Shown one piece after another: positions 57,103 to 64,000 of a stretch of DNA of 64,000 nucleotides (position 1 is the first letter of the stretch; each line of letters opens with the position of its first letter). The stretch lies in contig CAVOVB010000001.1 in assembly GCA_963699755.1 (NCBI GenBank), forward strand, positions 704,001 to 768,000. Reading direction: 5' to 3'. Position numbers and translations under genes: made by a program. The notes under the pieces were generated by a model. It was not told where the DNA came from. It did no database searches and was given only the letters and a program-made list of their open reading frames with translations. The stretch comes from an uncultured delta proteobacterium. GTDB lineage: Bacteria > Myxococcota_A > Polyangia > Polyangiales > Houyiibacteriaceae.

Positions 57103-58818
57103 ATGCGACTTATCTTGGTGGTTGCCGCGCTTTGGCTTGCAGGTCTTCCGACGGGCCTCGCGCAGTCCGAGGATTGGTTCGTGCTCCCGACCGCCACCGA
57201 CGACGAGGTCGGATGGATGCAGCCCACCGTCAGCAAAGTCAGCCGCGAGCTCCGAAAGCAAGGCATCGGGGTCTGGTCCTCGGTTCAGGCGACCCGCCGA
57301 TTCGAGCAGCGTGGCTCGTCCCCGCCCGCGGAGCTTACAGCAAGCGCGATCGAAGCGTGGTCGGCTCTCTCCGAAGCCGCCGTCCGCCAGCTTGCCAACG
57401 GCGAGTACAGCACCGCGCTCGCCCAACTCGAGGAAGCGCAGGGCCTCTCTGGCACCGCCCTCGAAGAGCTCAACCGAGACCCCAAGCGCGCCCGGACCGT
57501 GCTCGACACCTGCCTCTACATGGTCAGGGCGCTGCTCGAAACCGGCGATGAGGCCGGCGCAAAGGCGCAGGCCGAAGCTTGCGTGCGAATGGTCCCTGGC
57601 ACCGCGCCCACCCGGTACATGCACCCTCCAAGGGTGTCGATCGTCTACGACGAGGCCCTCGAGGCCGGCCCGTCGCATGGCAGCAGCCTGCTCGTCGAAA
57701 GCGAGCCATCGGGCTGCGCGCTGCGCGTCAACGGCGTGCTCGTCGGCGAAACGCCCCACGACATGACCCACCTCTACCCCGGGGAGTATCGCGTGCAGGT
57801 CGAGTGCAGTGCGAGCACGCTGAGTCGCGTGCACCGAGTGCGGGTGGCGCGCGGCCGAACCACTCTCTTCGTCTTCGCTCACTTCGATCGCGCGGTACGC
57901 GCGAAACCCATCTTGCACCTCCGATACGACGAGCCGCAGAATGAAGACCAGCGCGCTCGAGATGCCCGCGAGTTTGCAAGGACCCTCCCCGCCGGCGCCG
58001 TCCTGCTCGCTTCCCGACCAACGCCGGATAGCCTGGAGCTTCGCCTGATCCGAGGCACGCGAAAGGACTCGGCATTTGTGCGAATCGGATCGGCGTCGAG
58101 CGGGCCCGACACCTCGCAAGTCGTTGAAGCGACGGCGACCTTGCTCGCTGGCGAGTGCAGGGACTTCACGGGCGCCAAACCCGTCGCCTTCGATTGCAGC
58201 ACCGGCCAAGCGGAGCTGTCGCTCGCCGGCGGCTCCAAGAACGATCGCATCACCGAGCCCCGTCCGCCCCGCGGTCAGTTCATCTCGGGGCTCACCCTGG
58301 CTTCGCTCGGCACGGCGTCTCTGCTCACCGGCTACGGCCTCATGCTGGCCCGTAGCTCGGCCGGGGACGACTGGAACGCCGACCCCGGAAGCCTCGGCGC
58401 CCACGGAACCTGGCTTAACATCGGCACTGGCGTGATCATCTCCGGTAGCGCCAGCTCGGCCATGCTCGTCACCGCCATGCCGCTGGTTCTTCCGTACAAG
58501 AGCAAGACCCCCTGGTGGGCCTGGCTGAGCGGCGGCCTTGGACTCGGATTCACCGCCGGGGCGATCGCATCTGCCCTCACCGCGGACCCCAAGCCCCCGA
58601 GCTCCTGCTCGGTCAACAATCTCAATCCCCAGCCCTGCGTGAGCCGCGCCAAACGGACCGACCTGGCGATCATGCTCGGCGTCACCGCCGCACCCCTGCT
58701 GACGATGCCGCTCGTCTACCTCTTCAGAAAGGAAGAGAAGAAGCCCAAGGTGGCGCTCTCCCCAAGCATCGACGTGAACCGATCGGGCGGTGCGTTTGGT
58801 GTTCGAGGGGTGTTTTGA
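57103..58818 (+). CDS. PEGA-domain secreted/membrane protein
   Basis: Signal peptide, TPR-like helices, LLVESEPSG..LRVNG..VGETP...PGEYRVQV, Gly-rich hydrophobic C-terminus ending GVRGVF. Confidence 0.75.
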   Translation: MRLILVVAALWLAGLPTGLAQSEDWFVLPTATDDEVGWMQPTVSKVSRELRKQGIGVWSSVQATRRFEQRGSSPPAELTASAIEAWSALSEAAVRQLANGEYSTALAQLEEAQGLSGTALEELNRDPKRARTVLDTCLYMVRALLETGDEAGAKAQAEACVRMVPGTAPTRYMHPPRVSIVYDEALEAGPSHGSSLLVESEPSGCALRVNGVLVGETPHDMTHLYPGEYRVQVECSASTLSRVHRVRVARGRTTLFVFAHFDRAVRAKPILHLRYDEPQNEDQRARDAREFARTLPAGAVLLASRPTPDSLELRLIRGTRKDSAFVRIGSASSGPDTSQVVEATATLLAGECRDFTGAKPVAFDCSTGQAELSLAGGSKNDRITEPRPPRGQFISGLTLASLGTASLLTGYGLMLARSSAGDDWNADPGSLGAHGTWLNIGTGVIISGSASSAMLVTAMPLVLPYKSKTPWWAWLSGGLGLGFTAGAIASALTADPKPPSSCSVNNLNPQPCVSRAKRTDLAIMLGVTAAPLLTMPLVYLFRKEEKKPKVALSPSIDVNRSGGAFGVRGVF

Positions 58819-60482
58819 TGCGGCGGCAGCTAGCCGTGCTTGTCCTCGCGCTCGAGGCGGGCGCCTGCAATTCAGCGGTTTGCGCTCCTGAATTGTTCGA
58901 AGTCGATGGCGCCTGCCTCACGGTTCCCGTCTGTGATGAACCATGCGGGGCGCACGAGATCTGCGATGGCAGCACGCGGCCGTACAGCTGCAAGTGCGCG
59001 CCGGGTTACGAGGGGGTCCCGTGCGCCTGGGTCGGAGTCGTCCGGGATCCGGAATTCGAGGGACTACAAAACGCTGACGGCGAATCCTACTGGGTGGATG
59101 AGGGAGACAAGGGTGCCACCATCGTCCCTTCCGTTGGGGGCGGAGGAGAAGGCTCTCTTTTTGCAAGCGTGGTTTGCAATGCCGGCGGCCTGAGCCAGGT
59201 ACTCGAGATGCCAAGCTACAGAGCGGCTGGGGCACCCCTGATGGCCGAGGTGACCTACCAGGCGGACGACGTCGAGGGAGCTGCCATAGGATTCGACCGG
59301 GCTTGGAGGTATCTTCCCGCGACGCTTGGCCACTGGGAGACCGCTCGCTTCTGCCTAGGTGAGGCGGCGTTCGGCCAAGAGCCGAACGGCGGGCCCGTCA
59401 AGCTTCAGGTTTCGGCATCCGAACGTGCACCCGGCTGTTTCGAGGACGAACCGGTCGGGAAGGTCCGGGTCGACGAGCTCTTCATCACGCCGGCTGACCC
59501 CGGGAGCTGTCCGCCCCCCGGAGACGTGCTCAACGGTGCGGCCAATGTCGAAGACGGTGGTTGGAAGTTCGCCCAGGAAGGCGTTGCGGAGGCAGCCTTG
59601 GTCGAGGGCGTGGGACAAGGAGGCTCCGACGGCGCTCGCCTCTTGAGAGAATCCGGCTCCACTGATCTTGCTGCGATGTCGACGCAGGTATCGGTGCCAA
59701 CTCCCGGTACCCTGCCCTTTCCGGCGATTCGCTTCTGGTGGAGAGGGAGCAGCACGCAGGCATTCCAAGTCGAGCTCGGCACCTTCGTCGGCCTCGGCGA
59801 ACCGCGACGGTCGCTCGACCGATTGATCGGTAACAACGCCGAGCGCAACAACATCTACTGCCTGCCCCCATGGACCCACGGGAACGTCGTCGACATCACG
59901 TTCTCGCTGGTCGACGAAGGTGCGGTCGACGAGACAGAGCTTCTCGTCGATGAGGTGGAGGTGGTCTCGGATCCCGACTGCGGCGAATCGACTGACCTGC
60001 TCGATCCGGGGTTCGAGTCGGCCCCGAATCGCTGGCCGGGTGTTTATCTTGGCGCGAGTCCGAACCAAGCCGCGATCATGCAAGACGATGGTGCACTCGC
60101 ACGCAACGGAGACGGCGTCTTCGAGCTGACCTATTGGACCAGTGAAGCGGAGATGCGGTTCGAATCCTTCGTCCTCGTCCCTCCAAGCGATGAAGCCGGA
60201 GGGCCCCAACTCGTCTTTCATTCCGACGTCGTCGCAGTCCCAGAGACGACGGTCGAGTGGGTGCTCGGCAGGGCCGACGAGAAGCGAGGAGATCTCACGC
60301 CTGGCGGTGACTGGCAGCGCAACGAAGTCTGCCTTCCGCCCGAGTGGGCCGGCCGATGGTTCCGTTTCCAAGTCCGGGTCGGACCGCCAAACGAAGCGGG
60401 CATCGCAATCTCTACGAAACGAGTCTTCCTCGACGACTTCGAGCTCACGACTTCCGCAGACTGCCCGGCAGTGAGGGAATGA
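58818..60482 (+). CDS. Lipoprotein with EGF-like domain and beta-sandwich repeats (paralog A)
   Basis: ATG 58818 (TGATG overlap); AGAC lipobox, CGAHEIC...CKCAPGYEG..C, three DPEFE/LNG/DPGFE-started repeats. Confidence 0.75.
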   Translation: MRRQLAVLVLALEAGACNSAVCAPELFEVDGACLTVPVCDEPCGAHEICDGSTRPYSCKCAPGYEGVPCAWVGVVRDPEFEGLQNADGESYWVDEGDKGATIVPSVGGGGEGSLFASVVCNAGGLSQVLEMPSYRAAGAPLMAEVTYQADDVEGAAIGFDRAWRYLPATLGHWETARFCLGEAAFGQEPNGGPVKLQVSASERAPGCFEDEPVGKVRVDELFITPADPGSCPPPGDVLNGAANVEDGGWKFAQEGVAEAALVEGVGQGGSDGARLLRESGSTDLAAMSTQVSVPTPGTLPFPAIRFWWRGSSTQAFQVELGTFVGLGEPRRSLDRLIGNNAERNNIYCLPPWTHGNVVDITFSLVDEGAVDETELLVDEVEVVSDPDCGESTDLLDPGFESAPNRWPGVYLGASPNQAAIMQDDGALARNGDGVFELTYWTSEAEMRFESFVLVPPSDEAGGPQLVFHSDVVAVPETTVEWVLGRADEKRGDLTPGGDWQRNEVCLPPEWAGRWFRFQVRVGPPNEAGIAISTKRVFLDDFELTTSADCPAVRE

Positions 60483-61297
60483 CTGCGTTGCTTTTGATCC
60501 CATGGTTTCGATGGGAGCCGATCTTGGTCGAGATCGGGAAGCACGAGGTCACCGTTTACCCATTCCAAATCACGGTCGGCGTTGCCGTGTTGGTCGTCCT
60601 TGCAGTGGCGGTGGTGTTTGCCCGCAGGCACCAGCGCTCCGTAGAAGCGACTCTCGATTTTGCCGTCCACATCCTCTTGTTGGCCTTTCCGGTCTCCTAC
60701 TTGCTCAACGGCATCTTCTACGAGCCCGATACATTCTTCTACCTGCTCAGCAACCCGTCCGAAGCGCTAGCCCGAAGGCTAGGCTGGACGATGTACGGCG
60801 GCGTCATCGGCGGAATCATCGGTGCCTGGGTTTGGAAATGGCACCGCAGGGGGTCGATCTTGGCGACGGCAGACGCGTTTGCCTTCGCCGGACCCTTTGG
60901 CTGGTGCATCGCCAGAACCGGCTGTTTCGTCGTACACGATCACCCCGGGCGCATCAGCAACTTCGCGCTTGCGGTTGCGGACTACAGGACCGGCGCGCCG
61001 CCGTATCTGCCGCGCCACGACCTCGGCCTCTACGATGCGATCGTCTTGGCCGCTATTGCAAGCGTCTTCCTCGTCTTGTCTCGTGCGCCGCGCAAGCCTG
61101 GGATCTACGTCGGGCTCTTGGCGCTACTCTACGCGCCCTGCCGTTTCGCTCTGGACTTCTTGAGGGCGCCAGTCGCGGAAGGCGGCGACATCAGGTACGC
61201 CGGGCTCACACCGTCGCAATACATCTCGATCGGACTCATCGTCGCTGGCATCCTCGTCATCCGCCGGGTGAATACGAGCGCCGCTGAGCCCAGCTGA
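60479..61297 (+). CDS. lgt: Prolipoprotein diacylglyceryl transferase
   Basis: ATG 60479 (ATGA overlap); YGGVIGG, ARTGCFVVHDHPG, RHDLGLYD, RFALDFLR, GLTPSQY. Confidence 0.85.
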   Translation: MTALLLIPWFRWEPILVEIGKHEVTVYPFQITVGVAVLVVLAVAVVFARRHQRSVEATLDFAVHILLLAFPVSYLLNGIFYEPDTFFYLLSNPSEALARRLGWTMYGGVIGGIIGAWVWKWHRRGSILATADAFAFAGPFGWCIARTGCFVVHDHPGRISNFALAVADYRTGAPPYLPRHDLGLYDAIVLAAIASVFLVLSRAPRKPGIYVGLLALLYAPCRFALDFLRAPVAEGGDIRYAGLTPSQYISIGLIVAGILVIRRVNTSAAEPS

Positions 61298-62009
61298 TCT
61301 GGGCTGCACACACGCACAACATCGTCACAACGGAACCACCGACAACCCAGGGATTGCCCTCGAGGTAGTTGAACGTTTCACCTTCGAGCAAGTGCCGGCC
61401 GTCGAGGTAGTAGCGAGTGCCGAAGCGCCAGAAGTTCCACGCGTAGTGCAGCGCGAAGCCGAAGCCAATGTGTCGAAAGCGCACGAACAAGGCGTTCGCG
61501 ATGACGCCGAGCGAGAACAGAGTCGTAAGCGCCGGGAAGCCGATTTCGGTCCCGTCGAGCCCGTAAACGACGCGATGGCCCCCAGAGAAGACGAGCGCGA
61601 GCCCGACGATGACGGCCTTGGGATATGGAAACACCTGCAACAAGAGGGTCAGTAGCGCTGCGCGCATCAGGATCTCGTCGTTGAAGACCTGGAAGAACTG
61701 GTGGACTTTGGCCCGTGGAGCCAGAACGCGGCGTGCGATCAGGGCCTCGTCCACGACGACCTCGCTGAGCACGCCGTAAAAGAGAGGCAGAACCAGCGCG
61801 AGAAGGGCAACGCTGAGCGCCAGGTCGCGCCTCGTCATTGCGAGCCCGAAGCACCTAACTGCGCCCTTGCCCCGGAGGACCGTGCCAATTGCGAGAATGA
61901 TTACTGTGCTCGGAATGAACCGCCACCATGAACCCGCCAAATGGAGATAGGGAAACAGATACGCCGAGGCGCATGCGACGGAAGCCGCTACGAAGAAGAC
62001 AGAACGCAC
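61257..62009 (-). CDS. CPBP-like membrane protein
   Basis: DEILMR, FSGGH, LHYAWN; multiple TM; 3' end overlaps lgt by 41 bp. Confidence 0.65.
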   Translation of the reverse strand: MRSVFFVAASVACASAYLFPYLHLAGSWWRFIPSTVIILAIGTVLRGKGAVRCFGLAMTRRDLALSVALLALVLPLFYGVLSEVVVDEALIARRVLAPRAKVHQFFQVFNDEILMRAALLTLLLQVFPYPKAVIVGLALVFSGGHRVVYGLDGTEIGFPALTTLFSLGVIANALFVRFRHIGFGFALHYAWNFWRFGTRYYLDGRHLLEGETFNYLEGNPWVVGGSVVTMLCVCAAQISWAQRRSYSPGG

Positions 62010-62018
62010 GGCCCGTGG

Positions 62019-62936
62019 TTATCCGCACACAGCGGGGATGCACAAGCCGGCGCTGTCACAGACGCCTTCGCCCGTCCCTCCGGGCAAGGTGCACTTCGTC
62101 GGCGTCGAGGTGTCCGAGGGCTCATGCTCGCAACAAACCTGGTCGGGACACATGCCCTTGATGAACTTCTTGAGATTGCAGGTGTCCTTGGTACACGGAT
62201 TGTTGTCGTCGCAGTTCACATCGCATGGGGCGGCGTCTTTGCAATCTCCTCCCCAGCAGTACCCTGAGCCGGGCGGCTCAGCGGGTGGGTTACAGTCGAG
62301 GGTATCGCCGACATTCTGGGCCAACGCGCACTGACCAGTTCCGGGATTGCAGTCGGCGCTCTGACATGGACTGGTCTGACTGCATTGACCAGTGCATTGA
62401 CCATGCACGCAGTAGCCATTCTGACAGGACCCCGAACCTTGACCTACTGGAAGAACACCCGTTGGGTCACACGCTGTTCCATTGAGCGCCGAGGAATCCG
62501 TCCCGCAGAGCACTCCGTTCGCACTGTTGCAGCCCTCGATGCTGCAACAATTGATTCTGCCGAAATTGTACTTGACGCACGGATCGGATTCCCCGGCCGA
62601 AACACATCTTTGCTCGATGCAGATGCCCTCGGTGCCGCCGTTCCGCGGGTAGTTGCAGGATTGGAGATCGGTAAGGCCGACGCACTCGTTGGTCCCACAA
62701 GTTCCACCGGAGCACTGCCCGTATACACCAGCGCTCAAGGGGCACTCGGTGCCATCGGCCGCATTGTAGGGATTGTCTGCGGGGCTTGGACAACCCCCAG
62801 CGGGTTTCGGATAGCACTCCGAAGTGCAAGGGTTCGTGTCCTCGCACTGGTCATTGCAGCATGACCCGATGATGGCCACATAGATTGGGCAGATGATGGC
62901 AAGCAAAAGAAGACTAGTACGAATGGATGCTGTCAT
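62019..62936 (-). CDS. Cys-rich secreted protein or lipoprotein
   Basis: GGAGGAG RBS, hydrophobic N-terminus, 41 Cys by my count, CDDNNPCTKDTC and (D/N)GTxC...GxCxxGxC repeats. Confidence 0.8.
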   Translation of the reverse strand: MTASIRTSLLLLAIICPIYVAIIGSCCNDQCEDTNPCTSECYPKPAGGCPSPADNPYNAADGTECPLSAGVYGQCSGGTCGTNECVGLTDLQSCNYPRNGGTEGICIEQRCVSAGESDPCVKYNFGRINCCSIEGCNSANGVLCGTDSSALNGTACDPTGVLPVGQGSGSCQNGYCVHGQCTGQCSQTSPCQSADCNPGTGQCALAQNVGDTLDCNPPAEPPGSGYCWGGDCKDAAPCDVNCDDNNPCTKDTCNLKKFIKGMCPDQVCCEHEPSDTSTPTKCTLPGGTGEGVCDSAGLCIPAVCG

Positions 62937-63118
62937 GACTTCTCCTCCGCTGCGCGTGCTACCCACGAGTGGAAAGCCTTATTTGGGGACGAATCAATCA
63001 CCTATGGCTGACGCTGTCCATACGTATTAATTCACCCCGGACAGTCCGCGATCTCGAGCGCGGTCGACTGCGTTCTCCACCTTGAGTGAGGGGCGTGACC
63101 CAGGCATGCTTTGGAAAG

Positions 63119-64000
63119 ATGCGCGCTTGCCTGATCACGCTGACGGCTGTTCTTTGTGTGGGTCTTGCTGCTTGCGATTCGGGGACTTGCGGGCCGGACG
63201 CTGTCGAAGTCGATGAACGCTGTATGGCTTTGACCCCGCAAACGGCAGATTGTGACGAGGCATGTGGTGCCCATCAGTACTGTGACGGAAGCACGGGCGG
63301 CGCCACCTGCAAATGCGTCGCTGGCTATGAGGGAAGCCCGTGTGCATGGGCTGGTGCGCCCGTCGACCCCGAGTTCACGAATGCTGAATCATGGTCGATG
63401 AGCCGTGGCGCCACTGTCTTACCGCTAGAAAATGGTCTGAATCCGGGCGTCGCCTTCTTGGCGCCTAGCGTGGTCTGCAACGCAGGTGAAGTAAGCCAGA
63501 CCATCGAGATGCCGAGCTTCGACTCGGCGGAGCCGTTCATCGCGGAGGTGACGTACCGAGCGCAGAACGTGCATGGGCTAGGCGTTGGCTTTGGTCGAGC
63601 AATCAAGACTCTGCCCGCTACGGAAGATTGGCAGACCATACGCTTCTGCCTCGGAGAGTCAGCCTACGGTCCGTCCGATGCTGAGTACGGAGGCTCGGTC
63701 AAGCTGCGGGTCACTGCGTCTGAGCGAACCGTTACCTGCCCCGACGACACCCTTGGCAGAATTGAGGTCGATCGACTTTGGATCGATGTCGCACAGCAAG
63801 GCGAATGTCCCAAGCCCGGCGAAGTGTTAAACGGCGCAGCGGAGGCCGGCGACAGGGGCTGGATCTTCGAAGGGGACCCGTCGAAAGCCGCTCTGATGGA
63901 GGGGGTCGGGCGAAACGGAACCGGCGGCGCCGCACTGGTCAAAGCGGAGGGCGGGGCCACGTCCACGTCGATGGCGGCGCAGCTTTCGGTGCCCTTGGCG
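63119..64000 (+). CDS. Lipoprotein with EGF-like domain and beta-sandwich repeats (paralog B, partial)
   Basis: Not in ORF track; hand translation MRACLITLTAVLCVGLAAC...CGAHQYCDG...CKCVAGYEGSPCAW...SVVCNAG..SQTIEMPS...RFCLGE, open to window end, colinear with paralog A. Confidence 0.85.
   Translation, partial: MRACLITLTAVLCVGLAACDSGTCGPDAVEVDERCMALTPQTADCDEACGAHQYCDGSTGGATCKCVAGYEGSPCAWAGAPVDPEFTNAESWSMSRGATVLPLENGLNPGVAFLAPSVVCNAGEVSQTIEMPSFDSAEPFIAEVTYRAQNVHGLGVGFGRAIKTLPATEDWQTIRFCLGESAYGPSDAEYGGSVKLRVTASERTVTCPDDTLGRIEVDRLWIDVAQQGECPKPGEVLNGAAEAGDRGWIFEGDPSKAALMEGVGRNGTGGAALVKAEGGATSTSMAAQLSVPLA

Overview
GC-rich bacterial DNA whose gene content (DUF1592/DUF1552 pairs, PEGA protein, myxobacterial-type Lgt, Cys-rich lipoproteins, sterol genes) points to Myxococcota (inference). 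No CRISPR array, rRNA, tRNA or mobile element was recognised. Main blocks: (1) a sterol module of CYP51 coupled to a plant-like cycloeucalenol cycloisomerase and a serine hydrolase, with a divergent CxxHxxC ferredoxin; (2) CPBP protease, orphan gspC, MscK-like channel, tesB; (3) two DUF1592/DUF1552 pairs; (4) GT4, rmlBACD and a FadL-like barrel; (5) a B12 uptake locus with two closely related cobalamin riboswitches, one before btuB and one before an uncharacterised lipoprotein, plus divergent btuCDF-like genes; (6) patatin-MMPL-AsnB-GT2-GT-C; (7) an outer-membrane barrel plus a 29-Cys lipoprotein; (8) DctP, LLM oxidoreductase, BCCP-carboxyltransferase, di-haem cytochrome c coupled to a Tat-exported flavin amine oxidase, an enoyl-CoA hydratase remnant, glnS; (9) a P450, repeat lipoprotein and TetR with visible operator-like palindromes; (10) PEGA, two paralogous EGF-like lipoproteins, Lgt, a CPBP-like protein and a 41-Cys protein. 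All family calls come from reading motifs by eye; no database search was run.
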